Of a stretch of 64,000 nt of DNA, positions 44,748 to 55,733 are shown one piece after another. How positions within the stretch are numbered: the stretch's first letter is position 1; every line of letters starts with the position of its first letter. Below the pieces are notes generated by a model. That model saw nothing but the letters and a program-made list of their open reading frames with translations, made no database searches and was not told where the DNA came from. A program made the position numbers and the translations under genes. The stretch comes from Candidatus Bathyarchaeota archaeon (GTDB lineage Archaea > Thermoproteota > Bathyarchaeia > Bathyarchaeales > Bathycorpusculaceae): positions 512,001-576,000 of the forward strand of contig CAVZJV010000014.1 in the NCBI GenBank assembly GCA_963775685.1, given 5' to 3'.

Positions 44748-44775
44748 ACTGATCACAGTATAACTTTCATACTGT
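44746..44775. promoter_or_regulatory. Probable TA operator: ATACTG / CAGTAT / ATACTG half-sites
   Basis: Inverted repeats overlapping the antitoxin start. Confidence 0.55.
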
Positions 44776-44826
44776 ATCCAGATAAAGGTTACCCCACAGG
44801 AACACAAAAAGGAAGAGAGGGGATGT

Positions 44827-45036
44827 TTACTGCTTGTTGACTTTACTCTTCCAGTAAAGCAGAATCGCACCCGCCACAGTGGATGCTAACACAATCGCCG
44901 GAGCCTTAATCTCCAGCGGAATCGGCAAAGAAGCAACAAACGTAGTAGCAGCGCCCGCAACTGTGCCAGCTAAAACGATTAGAGCTTCCTTATTTTCAGA
45001 TACCTCTATCTCATTAACCAAACAAATCACCTCCAA
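44827..45036 (-). CDS. Small two-TM membrane protein (holin-like)
   Basis: Two hydrophobic helices and a basic C-terminus (YWKSKVNKQ). Confidence 0.5.
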   Translation of the reverse strand: MEVICLVNEIEVSENKEALIVLAGTVAGAATTFVASLPIPLEIKAPAIVLASTVAGAILLYWKSKVNKQ

Positions 45037-45376
45037 GAAGCATTAACAGGAAAAAATCAGTTCGAAAATAGAATTCAGAATTCAAGTTCTTTGATGAAGA
45101 GAGCAGCAGACCAGCTTGCCCATAAAAAAGAATATTCTACCGATAAACAACACCTAAAAAGTAGACCGAAAAGCTAAGAAAGTAATTTTCCAAAAATGAA
45201 ACAACTTGCTTTTCGGGCTGTTCCATAAATAGAACTAAAAGCGAATTCATCCACTATGGGTAAGGGATCACTGATGCAACATAGCACCTTTCAAGTAAGG
45301 ACAAGATTTTTCACATTCAGCATTAGAAAATCAGTCATCACCTTATTGCTACTTCTAATTCTCATATTGCTCATCC

Positions 45377-45586
45377 TTAGCCGGCAACTAAGGCTGCTTG
45401 GAGATTGTTTAGGTCTACTGGATTTGTAAGTATAATGTCAATGTCTTTGGTTGCAACTTTTAGGCCATAAAACGCCATGGCGCCGCCGCCGATCAAGTAA
45501 AGCGCAATAGGTCGTCCTGCTATTGCGTTTAGTCTATCGAATTCTTGCTTAAGGTAGTCTTTGTTAAAGGAGCGTCTTTGAGCCAT
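45377..45586 (-). pseudogene. Truncated nucleotidyltransferase (DUF6036/AbiEii-like toxin)
   Basis: LYLIGGGAM...ATKDIDI, then a stop at 69 aa. Confidence 0.8.
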
Positions 45587-46533
45587 TAAGCCATCACTCC
45601 ATAATCACGGGCTTTATCAACAAAGTCATCCCAAGTAGGTAGCGGCTGCCCTTCAAGACGAATATGAGTTTGCAAGAATTCAAGCATGCCCTTTACTTGG
45701 TTCTCTAGCCCAAAATGCTCAGCTTCCCTGATAAGGTATGTTTTGTCGATTTGTTTTTCCGTTTTTTTAAGCAGCAACAGAGCGTAAGTTGAATAACGCA
45801 CATTGCCCGGCTCCAACAAAAGCGTATGCAAAACAGCATCCTCAAGCTTGATCGTCTCCTTTGTGGTTGAATAGAAGTAAACATCAAATTCTGAGAAAAG
45901 CGGCAGATCATACTCAGAGAAAATTGAGGTTGCGGTTTTGTGGAAATCTCCAGTTGGCGCCTCTGCAGAATTAGGTACTCGAACCAGAAATTCCATGCCC
46001 TTTTGCCAAAGGATAACAGAGTTTTCAGAGAGCGTCTTGGAAATCTTGTTAACAAAATATCGCTCGTATTCTTTTAGGAAATCTGCGAGTATCTGGAAGC
46101 GAGTGTTGATTATGTATCTTTTCTGAGTTTCTGCGATTATGCCTCTTGCTTTTAGTTCTTTGAGGTAACGCCAAAGTGTAGCGCCTGAAAACCTTGATAA
46201 GTCGCCATCATCGAGGATTTTGAAAAGGATTTCGATTGATTTTCCACTAAGTATGTTTTCCCAATCCATAAAATCATAGGAGAGCAAAAGATCCCTAAGT
46301 AGAGCAGCATGCTTTGTCTCGCTATAACCAGCGAGCTTTCTATTGCCTGATTCACTTGTTTGGATTAACCCTTTTTTATTCAATTTTTCCAAAGTATATG
46401 AAAGAAGCGCAGATTTAAGCGATAGTAACTTCTTGATCTCCGGCAGAGATTGATTACCTTTAGCAAGCTCTTTGAGCAACTGTAATTCTGTTTTGCCTAA
46501 AGTGTAATCTGGATCGGAATGTCTCATACTCAT
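45586..46533 (-). CDS. Tandem wHTH protein, putative type IV TA antitoxin/regulator
   Basis: Two HTH regions and C-terminal LPTWDDF..KA.DY; coupled to the NTase gene. Confidence 0.75.
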   Translation of the reverse strand: MSMRHSDPDYTLGKTELQLLKELAKGNQSLPEIKKLLSLKSALLSYTLEKLNKKGLIQTSESGNRKLAGYSETKHAALLRDLLLSYDFMDWENILSGKSIEILFKILDDGDLSRFSGATLWRYLKELKARGIIAETQKRYIINTRFQILADFLKEYERYFVNKISKTLSENSVILWQKGMEFLVRVPNSAEAPTGDFHKTATSIFSEYDLPLFSEFDVYFYSTTKETIKLEDAVLHTLLLEPGNVRYSTYALLLLKKTEKQIDKTYLIREAEHFGLENQVKGMLEFLQTHIRLEGQPLPTWDDFVDKARDYGVMA

Positions 46534-46578
46534 TTCATATTATTGAAAACCTATTTAAGCATTTTAAAAATATGAAAT
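46532..46578. promoter_or_regulatory. Inverted repeat ATTTCATATT...AATATGAAAT flanking a TATA box
   Basis: 10-bp perfect arms upstream of the antitoxin-like gene. Confidence 0.5.
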
Positions 46579-46979
46579 ACAATAATAACTCTCACGCTAT
46601 AAACAATGGCGTATTGGCGTAGCATGCGGTTGTATCGCGGAGGTTGCCTCTTAGCGCAAGGCTAGTTCCCAAAGTTTAGAATGATTAGAAGTAGTCGTCG
46701 GTAATGCCTATAGGACTACTACTTCTATTTGAAAGAGAGATAGTCGTTTTAGTTAATGACGACCACAAGAAAACTTTTCGCTGGTCATCAACAACTAACT
46801 AAGTAGAAGAAGAAGCGCAAATATTTTTGTATTCTTCTTCTTTCAATTCCCTTTCATATTTAGAAGTAGTTGAACAATGAAAAATTGATTGTTCTACTAC
46901 TTCCAAGCGGCGACAGAGTATTCGAGGATTAGGGCTGATCTTGGTGAAGACGAAATTGATTTGTCTGAGTTGCAGTGAG

Positions 46980-47545
46980 CCTGCTATGGAAGACGTCTCG
47001 TATTGCCAAGAATGACAATGCAAGAAATCAACCAAAACTAAGCACACCAACCGCATAGTTATCCACCCCAAATACCGAACTATAGGTGTCGGAGAAAAAA
47101 TAATCCGGGAAACACTACAGCAAGCTGATACGCTAAATGTTGAATTGGTTGCTGTGATGGCAAAATATTCACCTTTGCTGAGAGCGAGAATGCGAAAAGT
47201 TGTTGAACAGCAATCAGTTGAGGGTGTTAAGAAGCTAAGGCAAACACTCATACAGTTTGGCTTCAATTTGCAGCTCCTGGAAAGTCAGCATTATGTATAG
47301 TCAAAACTTGAAAACCTCAACGAGGAACAAATAAGCGAACTAAAGCTGCATTTATGGCAAACAAACATCCGCGCTTCAAAAAAGAGATAGCAGCTAGTCG
47401 ACATGAACCCTTTGGGAAAACCTACGATTACATAAAATACGTTCAAAATGCCAACATCAGTCAGCTCGGCAAATTGATTAAGGTTCTTGCAATACTATCC
47501 CAAACAAAAGTTTACCTTTTTTGGCAAAAACCAATCTTAGTATAG
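46980..47545 (+). pseudogene. GNAT acetyltransferase remnant
   Basis: Across frames: CYGRRLVLPRM, NRIVIHPKYRTIGVGEKIIRETL (GNAT motif A), VELVAVMAKYSP. Stops and frameshifts throughout. Confidence 0.75.
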
Positions 47546-47704
47546 GGTCAAATCCAGTCAGCTCACCAAGGAAAATGACAACGACTTTGTTTACTGGAGT
47601 TATAATATAAATAAAGATTAAAAAAAGTTAAATGTAATCCTTTTGGAGCTATCTAACCTGACGAGGAATAATTTTAAATGCACAGCAATCACTAAAAGAG
47701 AATC

Positions 47705-48650
47705 ATGATAGACTTGAGCCGACTCGAAATAGGTGCAGGCAAAGCAGGCGCAAGGGAAAAATTCGAACGGCTCATCGCACGATTAATTAAGTTACAGTTT
47801 TACGATGCCCAAGAGGTTAAGCCGAACCCAGGCGATTGGGGTATCGACGTATACATCGGGAAATTTACCTCAGGAGATATTACTGTTTGGCAGGCAAAAT
47901 ACTTTCCAGATGGTGTAGATGATTGCCAAAAAGACCAAATTCGTAGATCTTTCAATCAAATAGTTGATAAGTCAAAAGAGAAAAGTTTCTGCGTTAATGC
48001 CTGGATTCTTTGTATCCCAAGTACTCTTGATGGAGACAGCAAAATTTGGTGGGAGAAATGGGCTAGCACAAAACAAAAGGAGACAGGGATATCTATTAGG
48101 TTGAAGGAACGACTTGAGATCGTTACTATGCTTCAAACACCTGAAGCTCACCCGCTTTGTATTGAATTCAATCTCGCAGACCGGACGGAACTTTTGATGG
48201 AAGAGAGAACAATTGAGCCTCTTCCATTGAAGGAAAGTTGCGAATATGATCATTCTTTCTTTATTTTAAAGCTGCTTGCTGCGGGAATAACAGAAACTGA
48301 ACCTGCAAAAAAGCAGTTTTTTAATGCAGAAATAGTCTCAAAAGAAATACTAGATAAAAAGGATAAATTTGAGCTTGCTGAATTGAACGGACTTTATGAT
48401 AAAATTCATGATTTATGGTCAACGAGATTTATTGAAGCAATGCAAAGTCAAAATGCTGAAGCAGAAACTAGACGAATTTATCCCAACCATGCTCAGACTC
48501 ATTGAGGAAAAGAATAATGAGTTATTATACTGCCATAGACTACCTATTTCTTTCTTCCATAAGAAGGGGCTAATGCAGCAAATGGCAGACATTTGTACCG
48601 TGGGATGGACCCCTGACTACAAAAGCTTGAGTAAGAAGGTGTCAATCTAA
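47705..48650 (+). CDS. ABC-three-component/Lamassu effector (LmuA-like): Mrr-like PD-(D/E)xK nuclease + C-terminal domain; 1-bp insertion at about 48483
   Basis: Motifs EKFERLI, GDWGIDVY, VWQAKYF. Removing one C from TATCCCA fuses both ORFs (314 aa). Confidence 0.8.
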
Positions 48651-49219
48651 TGCCGCAACATACGAATTCCGATTGGAAGAGTAGATTAACGTTTACTGCT
48701 GAGGATGACCTGGTGTTCAACTCTGCAAGGTTATTATTGCTTTTTGATGAACTTTCCAAATTGAGCAAACAGGGTGTCGATATTGAAAGGTTATCTTATT
48801 ATGATTTTTTTGCGGCTAACCCTTTTGTTATTCTTTCAGAAAATGACCCTTCACGTTTAGACTTTGAGTTAGAGGGGTTTGAGCCAAACAAATTAGAATA
48901 TACAAGTTCAGCGCAGAGATACAGTTCGAAACGAGAATCAATAAAGCACTATTTAGCGCTGCTACTTGCAAAAGGGCTCATAGACGTTTCTAATCAGGAA
49001 GGCAAAATAATTTTCGTTATAACCGAAAGAGGTTCTTCCACAGTCAACAAAATAAATACGATTTATGCAATAGCCTATAGGAAAAGCGTTGGCTATATTA
49101 TTAAACGCTTGAAGGATTATTCCGACAAAAAATTATGGGAATGTTCAAGAAAGTGGTTAGAGGCTAAAGCGTTCCAAATTGACCTTTATGGCACTATCGG
49201 AGAGAATTTGAATGAATAG
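48650..49219 (+). CDS. ABC-3C middle component (LmuC-like)
   Basis: ARLLLL...LSYYDFFAANPF...LLAKGLI...ITERG; overlaps both neighbours. Confidence 0.78.
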   Translation: MPQHTNSDWKSRLTFTAEDDLVFNSARLLLLFDELSKLSKQGVDIERLSYYDFFAANPFVILSENDPSRLDFELEGFEPNKLEYTSSAQRYSSKRESIKHYLALLLAKGLIDVSNQEGKIIFVITERGSSTVNKINTIYAIAYRKSVGYIIKRLKDYSDKKLWECSRKWLEAKAFQIDLYGTIGENLNE

Positions 49220-51134
49220 AATAATAATAAGCAAAATTACCGGCAAGAGTGTTGAAAAGGACTATTCTGTTCAATTCAAGCGCGGGTTAAACATAATTGC
49301 TGGTGAAAGTATGACCGGCAAAACATCAATTTTGCAACTTATTAATTATTGCTTCGGAGACTCTGAGTACCCACAAACGCTCGAATTCCAGAAACTGATT
49401 GTCGCATTGTTGGAAATAGAGATAGATGAAGAGTTTTTCACAATTGAGAGAGTCCTTTCAAGAAAAAAAACGGCAACGATACATTTCTGTAAGATAGAGG
49501 ATTTAAGAATCAGTCATAAGTCCATTGAAGTGAATGTTTCTATTTCGAATGATGAGGAATCGATCAGTAGTTTTATTCTTTCAAGGATTGGGCTAGAAGG
49601 AGTTGAACTAAAGAAGGCACCTACACAGGAAGCTTCTGAAACAAACACTCTGAGTTTTAGAGACCTATTATGGGCCTGTTACTTAAAGAGAAGTCGAGTT
49701 GGAGGAGAGCAACTGCTTTTTGAAAATGAATACTGGAAAAATAATAAGCTCATTCAAATTGTGGACATAATATTCAATGTTTATTCCAATACGGCAGCAT
49801 TGCTAAGTTCTGATTTAGAATCGCTCAATAATGAAATAGATGCAAACGAACAAAAAATGAAAACAATTCTAAATTTCCTTGATTCGCAAGGGGTACTTCA
49901 GCCTGAAGAGCTTGCGAAAGAATCTACTAAATTAGCATCTGACACGTCATCCCTTAAAAAACGCTTGACAACAATAGATGAGGCATTAACTGGTAGTTCA
50001 GATACAGCAAAGGGTCTCAGACACGAGGTATTAGGACTTCAAGCCGTCCTCCAAAGAATCAAGACTGATAAAAGAAGCATGGAAAAGAATCTTTTGCTAT
50101 TATTGCCGCTCAGGTCACAATATCATGAGGATATTAAGAAATTAACATTTCTAAACGAAGCCAAAGAAATCTTCGACCCTCTTCTAATTCTTCGCTGCCC
50201 TTATTGCCTAAGACCTTTAGAAAAAAACGCTGAAAACCATAACTGTTGTCCACTATGTAAAGAAGAAATAAATCAAATAAGTACTGAGTCGAAGGTCGAT
50301 GTGACTAAGGAAATAGGAATTATTAAGCGCAAATTAGACGAATTAAACGTTTACATTGAACAAGTAGAAATGAGGATCAAAGAGAATGAAGTTCATGAAA
50401 AGAGCACATCTGAACGATTGGCGTACCTCAGCAAACAGCTGGATGAATCCCTTGAAAGTTTTGTCAGCCCATATTTATCCGAGAGAGACGAATTAAAAAC
50501 CTCAATAATTACCAATGAAAACAAGATTGCAACTATTGACCAATCACTTAATTTCAGAAATCAAATAAAATTCATCGAAGAGGAAATAATCTGTCAAAAA
50601 ATAAAAGCAGAGAAGCTTAAATTAGAAATTAAGAAGGAAAGGACAAAGTCCGTAACGCGAATAGAGTTGATCAATTCTTTAAGCGCTTTGTATCGTCAAC
50701 AACTGAACGAGATACACTTCCCCAAGTTGGATAACGACGCCAGAATCGACGAAAAACTAATTCCTTATGTTAAAGGATTAAAATACGATAAGTTATCAAG
50801 CGAAGGTGCAATCAATCTCTCCTCAATTTGTTGGATGACAACGATTTTTGAGGAAGCGATAAAACGGTCAATGCATCATCCCGGTTTCCTAATGCTTGAT
50901 TACATACAAGCAGGAATTGGTATAGGTCCAGAAATAAAAGAGGAATTTCAAGATGTTGCTATTGTGAAGGGTCTTTATGATGTTCTTCTAGACGTTTCTC
51001 AATTAGATTCAGAATGTCAAGTAATTGCAATCGATAATCATCCACCCGATTATGCTAAAGACTATGTAATCGTTCGCTACACCAGAGACCCTAAGAAATA
51101 CCCTTACGGATTCATCGACGACGAGACAACTTAA
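49212..51134 (+). CDS. SMC/Rad50-like ABC ATPase (LmuB-like)
   Basis: Walker A GESMTGKT, coiled coils, CPYC/CPLC hook, signature SSEGA, Walker B FLMLD. Confidence 0.88.
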   Translation: MNRIIISKITGKSVEKDYSVQFKRGLNIIAGESMTGKTSILQLINYCFGDSEYPQTLEFQKLIVALLEIEIDEEFFTIERVLSRKKTATIHFCKIEDLRISHKSIEVNVSISNDEESISSFILSRIGLEGVELKKAPTQEASETNTLSFRDLLWACYLKRSRVGGEQLLFENEYWKNNKLIQIVDIIFNVYSNTAALLSSDLESLNNEIDANEQKMKTILNFLDSQGVLQPEELAKESTKLASDTSSLKKRLTTIDEALTGSSDTAKGLRHEVLGLQAVLQRIKTDKRSMEKNLLLLLPLRSQYHEDIKKLTFLNEAKEIFDPLLILRCPYCLRPLEKNAENHNCCPLCKEEINQISTESKVDVTKEIGIIKRKLDELNVYIEQVEMRIKENEVHEKSTSERLAYLSKQLDESLESFVSPYLSERDELKTSIITNENKIATIDQSLNFRNQIKFIEEEIICQKIKAEKLKLEIKKERTKSVTRIELINSLSALYRQQLNEIHFPKLDNDARIDEKLIPYVKGLKYDKLSSEGAINLSSICWMTTIFEEAIKRSMHHPGFLMLDYIQAGIGIGPEIKEEFQDVAIVKGLYDVLLDVSQLDSECQVIAIDNHPPDYAKDYVIVRYTRDPKKYPYGFIDDETT

Positions 51135-51333
51135 AAGAAAAGGGCACCCAGTTAAAACCAACAAATGATAGTCAAATTTTTTAAGATATATTTTTTTACA
51201 TTTGGCGATTTGTCACTTATTAGATAAGGAAGAATAATAAATACGACTTCGAAAGCAACAGTATCAACCGTTAATTTCTTAAACAAACCAGAGAGCATAT
51301 GACTATACTAACAAGAATAAGTCTGGTGAAATA

Positions 51334-53922
51334 GTGTCTGGAAAAAGTCCTTTTCGACGGATAGAAGTCAAGAGCTCGCAATCTTGCGACATCGAATCCT
51401 TATTTAAAGATCTAAAGAATAGATCCGCGGATATCAAGGAGTTATTTGCTCCACAAGCGGATGTTCTTAGAGATTATCAGAAGAACTATATCGATGCGAA
51501 AGATGTCAGTATTGAACTCCCAACTGGTTCAGGAAAAACACTTGTTGGTTTGCTTATTGCAGAATACCGCCGAAGAATCTTAAAAGAAAGAGTTCTTTAT
51601 CTTTGTCCAACCAAACAATTAGCATACCAAGTAGGTAATAAATCCGTAGAATACGATATTCCCGCGAAAGTTTTAGTTGGTTCAAAATACGAATTCAGCC
51701 GTCCTGACTCTATTGCTTATCATTCAGGAGCTACGACCGCAATATCGACTTATAGTGGTCTTTTCAACATTAATCCAGAATTTAATGACGCCCAAACTAT
51801 AATTCTTGATGACGCTCATGGTGGAGAAGGTTATATCTCCTCACCGTGGTCTATGACGGTTGATCGGGAAAAAGACCCTGAGGTATATGCACACCTAATT
51901 TCAACTTTTGAGAAAGACATGCCAACGCTATCTATCCTTTATGGTGAGAAACCCAAAAGGCTACCTAAGGTTGAAAAAATCCCTTACGCAATTTTTTTCA
52001 ATCATATTCCCGAACTTGTTGGAATCTTTAACACAGAACTAAGGGAAAATACTTCTAACTCTTACTCGTGGCAGTTTGTTAAAGAGGGACTGCATGCATG
52101 TCATGCATACATCTCATGGGACGAAATTTATTTACGCCCATATATCCCGCCTTCCCTTAGACATAGACCCTTCTCCGATGCAAAACAGCGTATCTACATG
52201 TCTGCCACATTAGGTAGCGGTGGAGAACTAGAACGAATAACTGGAGTAAACCAAATTAGTCGAGTTCAAACACCTAACACTTATCTCAGGCATGGGATTG
52301 GACGTAGACTCTTTCTATTTCCTGACATTGTAACCGAAGAATCCGAATATGAGTCATGGCTTGTCAAACTAATCGCCGCTTCCAAGAGAACATTAGTTCT
52401 TTGCCCGAATGGACGTGCGTTAACCAATCTAAAACAATTGCTGCAAAAAAGTGAAACATCTATACAAATACTTGGAGCATCTGACATAGAAAATTCCTTG
52501 GATCCCTTCATAAACTCAGAGTCAGTGGTTCTGGCACTAACAAATAGATATGATGGGATTGATATACCGAGTAAACTATGCAGGGTTCTAGTGATGTATG
52601 GCTTACCTACAGGTACAAATCTCCAGGAAGTGTTCCTAGAAGATAAGTTAGGATTGGATGTACTTCTCCGTGAAAGAGTGAAGACCAGAATTGCACAGGG
52701 CACAGGACGCTGCACAAGAAGCGCTACCGATCAATCTGCCGTAGTAATGGCTGGAAGACGCTTACTAGATTTTTGTATTAAGAATGAGAATCAAAGGATG
52801 TTTAACCATGAGTTACGGGGAGAAATGAACTATGTGCTTCAATTGAAGCTCACCTCTGTTGCTGACTTGGACTTGATGCTAAAATCATTCTTCCAAAAAG
52901 ATGAAGATTGGAATATGGCGGAAGAAGAGATAGCAAAGATTCGGGATTCTGATGAAAAACTTGATACAACAGTATCTGAAATTCTTGCTACAACAGTTGC
53001 AAGCGAAGTAAACTTCTCTTATGATTTCTGGTTCGGAAGATTTAAACAAGCCGTTGAAAGTGGTATTTCAATAACCGATAAACTTACCGATTCGCGACTT
53101 TCATCGTATCGTGCATTTTGGCATTACTTAACAGCCTGCGCTGCATTCGCTGCGTCTAAAGATAATCCCGACTTCATAGCCATTGCTGAAAAACAGATGA
53201 GTCGAGCAATAAAGACATGCAAAACTGTTTCATGGTTTGCAAGCGCTTTGAAGCCAATGTTACCAGTTGAAAAAGTTAGGGCAGTTGCAAACGAACTTGA
53301 AACGCTCGCTACCGAGGGAATAGCTGATGTTTTGAAAGATTTGGGATCCAGAGGTCCTGGGTTCCCAAGAAAGATGGAGGAAGTGGAGAAATTACTCGGG
53401 GAAAAGAAGCACTCAAGTTTCGATAGGGGTATGGTAGAGTTAGGACTTTTGCTTGGTTTTAACGCATGGAAAACTGATGCTCAAGCTACACCAGACTGTA
53501 TTTGGCAACTTGGCAATGAAATTGTGTATCTATTCGAAGGCAAATCAGAGGAAACCACAGAAGACCCCATTTCGGTTGATGATTGCAGACAAGCTGCTGG
53601 ACATTTAAAATGGGCAAGCGCTGATCCCCAACTCAAAAATTGCAAAGCTTTCAGAAGTATCCTCGTTACGCCGAGAACTACAATTGACAAGAATGCAGTG
53701 CCTCACGCTAACAATCTGTTTTTTATGACACCTTCAGATATGCAATCACTATTTGAGCGAGCAAAAGCTATGCTCACTGCAGTTAGAACCGTTATGATAG
53801 ATGAAGCGGATGAAGAATTTAAGGAAAAAATCATTTCCGAACTAATCAAAAACGACCTGACGCCGACTTCAATTCAAGCCATACTGCAAGCTAAGTCTGT
53901 TGATGATCTAAAGAAAATGTAA
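51334..53922 (+). CDS. SF2 (DinG-like) helicase with C-terminal PD-(D/E)xK nuclease-like domain
   Basis: Motifs PTGSGKT, DDAH, MSAT, YDGIDIP..CR, QGTGRCTR; C-terminal PDCIW...FEGKS. Confidence 0.88.
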   Translation: MSGKSPFRRIEVKSSQSCDIESLFKDLKNRSADIKELFAPQADVLRDYQKNYIDAKDVSIELPTGSGKTLVGLLIAEYRRRILKERVLYLCPTKQLAYQVGNKSVEYDIPAKVLVGSKYEFSRPDSIAYHSGATTAISTYSGLFNINPEFNDAQTIILDDAHGGEGYISSPWSMTVDREKDPEVYAHLISTFEKDMPTLSILYGEKPKRLPKVEKIPYAIFFNHIPELVGIFNTELRENTSNSYSWQFVKEGLHACHAYISWDEIYLRPYIPPSLRHRPFSDAKQRIYMSATLGSGGELERITGVNQISRVQTPNTYLRHGIGRRLFLFPDIVTEESEYESWLVKLIAASKRTLVLCPNGRALTNLKQLLQKSETSIQILGASDIENSLDPFINSESVVLALTNRYDGIDIPSKLCRVLVMYGLPTGTNLQEVFLEDKLGLDVLLRERVKTRIAQGTGRCTRSATDQSAVVMAGRRLLDFCIKNENQRMFNHELRGEMNYVLQLKLTSVADLDLMLKSFFQKDEDWNMAEEEIAKIRDSDEKLDTTVSEILATTVASEVNFSYDFWFGRFKQAVESGISITDKLTDSRLSSYRAFWHYLTACAAFAASKDNPDFIAIAEKQMSRAIKTCKTVSWFASALKPMLPVEKVRAVANELETLATEGIADVLKDLGSRGPGFPRKMEEVEKLLGEKKHSSFDRGMVELGLLLGFNAWKTDAQATPDCIWQLGNEIVYLFEGKSEETTEDPISVDDCRQAAGHLKWASADPQLKNCKAFRSILVTPRTTIDKNAVPHANNLFFMTPSDMQSLFERAKAMLTAVRTVMIDEADEEFKEKIISELIKNDLTPTSIQAILQAKSVDDLKKM

Positions 53923-54400
53923 TTTCTTTTCCATTCCGCTTCTAACCGGAAGATACAATCTAACGATTCCTATTTGATCTCTAAATATCGATCTTATCGT
54001 TAGTAAGTTTGTAGTTGGAGAGAGCAAGAGTATGAACATAGTTGTTTTCCAATATTGAAGCAAAATCTCAAATGGTCATTTTTCCACTGATCGGAAGAAC
54101 AACATCACGCTAAAATTTCAGTTGTTGTTCTTTTGTTAGTGCAAGATTACGTTGGAAGAAGAAAAAATCGGATTTAACCCAATGCAATTTTTTCTTCTCC
54201 TGAAAGAAGACAGAAACGTGTGCAGATTGTTGCCTTCTTCTTTTTATCACTTAAACGGGCAAGATGTTGTTTGAAAGAAGAAGAACGGGCTTTTCTGTAG
54301 CAATTAGCCGTTTTTCTTCTTCTAATACTCGTAATATTGGAGCTCCATTTCGATCCAGCAACAACTTCTGCTATTATCAGGCATTCGAACAATTTTGCTC

Positions 54401-55345
54401 TTAAGGTTGACCACTGAAGAGGTTGACCATTTTATTTGAGGGAACTACTTCTTGAAGAATGACCGAGGCGACGTGAGAGAAAAATCTGCGTAGAACTTCG
54501 TTTTGACTATCTTCTTTTGCCTTTGGGATGTGGTCTGACATTAAGAATTTGTAGGCAAAGTTTTCCGCGAATGCTTGCCTCCAAGAATCATCCCTGGTAG
54601 AAGATTTGCTATCAATAATCAATTCACTTAGTCCCTTTTGGGTTTCTTTGAGTTGTTGGCTTAGAATGAAAAGTTGATTGTAATTATTTGCATCGCCACT
54701 TCTCTGCTCCATGCTTCTTTGGGTCTCATCCTCTTGGTCAGATTGAGCAGTCCATTTCAACTGACTTACTTTTTCCGTTACATCTTCTATTTTTTTCCCA
54801 ACGAACGCTAGCTCTGTTGAGGTATGAGGGGGGACAGCCTCTAAAACCTGGGCAGAATGTAATATATCGTATAAGACTGAATGCCCAAAATGATTGACGA
54901 GCCAGGGTATTTCTTCGAAAAGGGGATAATCTAGCCTTTTTCCCCAGTCTTCTAAGACGTGCGTGAGCTTCTCAAATTCGTCTAAATGCTCAACTATGAA
55001 TTGTTCTTGAAACTGCTCTCGGGCCTTGCGTATGTCTTCAAGTGATCGATTTTTAAACAGTTTTAGGGCTTCTATGCCGTTTAGGGGATTAAGATGAATC
55101 GTGTTAAGGTATAATATTGCACCCCGGAAGGTTAGGTGGAACAGTTTCTTTTTTCGCGGGTTTTCGTTTGAGTCATTGAAGGGAGTTAGGTAGCCTTCTT
55201 GGTGGAGTTTGTTGAGGCAGAAGTGGATTGTTCCGCGGCTTATTTTCTCTAGTTGTTTTTGCTTGTAGAGATCATATTCAGTTTGTGGACCTTGTTGCGC
55301 AATAAGGGCTAGTATAGAGTGGGTTTTTGGGTTTTTCTTTAGCAA
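54401..55345 (-). CDS. N-terminal wHTH protein (element regulator)
   Basis: ILALIAQQGPQTEYDL...LNKLHQEGYL...KLFHLTFRG. Confidence 0.7.
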   Translation of the reverse strand: MLKKNPKTHSILALIAQQGPQTEYDLYKQKQLEKISRGTIHFCLNKLHQEGYLTPFNDSNENPRKKKLFHLTFRGAILYLNTIHLNPLNGIEALKLFKNRSLEDIRKAREQFQEQFIVEHLDEFEKLTHVLEDWGKRLDYPLFEEIPWLVNHFGHSVLYDILHSAQVLEAVPPHTSTELAFVGKKIEDVTEKVSQLKWTAQSDQEDETQRSMEQRSGDANNYNQLFILSQQLKETQKGLSELIIDSKSSTRDDSWRQAFAENFAYKFLMSDHIPKAKEDSQNEVLRRFFSHVASVILQEVVPSNKMVNLFSGQP

Positions 55346-55439
55346 TATCTCAGTGACCTATGTGATATCTAAAAGATACTTCCTTAAATAATTTTCTCGC
55401 ACTATTATCACAGTAAGCACTGAGATGTGAAGAAGTGAA

Positions 55440-55715
55440 ATGAGCATACCCAAAATCGTGGAACACAAAATAATAAAAATGCGAAAACGCGACGGCACAA
55501 CACAATACACACTAACGCTTCCCAAAGAGTTCGCCGAAGCCTTAACACAAGAAGGAATCGATTCTCTATACATTGTTTTCAACAGAGGACTCGGAGCTTT
55601 CCCAAAGATTCCAGGCTTCACCGAAAAAGCATTAACCACATTTCTGCAGGAACACCAAGCACTCCAAAAACTCTTCACCAAAACTACTGAAACCGATTTA
55701 ATTATTCAGAAATAA
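55440..55715 (+). CDS. AbrB-like small DNA-binding protein
   Basis: QYTLTLPKEFAEAL. Confidence 0.65.
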   Translation: MSIPKIVEHKIIKMRKRDGTTQYTLTLPKEFAEALTQEGIDSLYIVFNRGLGAFPKIPGFTEKALTTFLQEHQALQKLFTKTTETDLIIQK

Positions 55716-55733
55716 GAAGGAAAGAAAAGAGAA

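Noticed and set aside
46799-47266. 155-aa minus-strand ORF
   Set aside because: Antisense to the recognisable GNAT pseudogene.
53950-54392. Possible decayed gene between the helicase and the wHTH gene
   Set aside because: Several stops in all frames and no recognisable motif.
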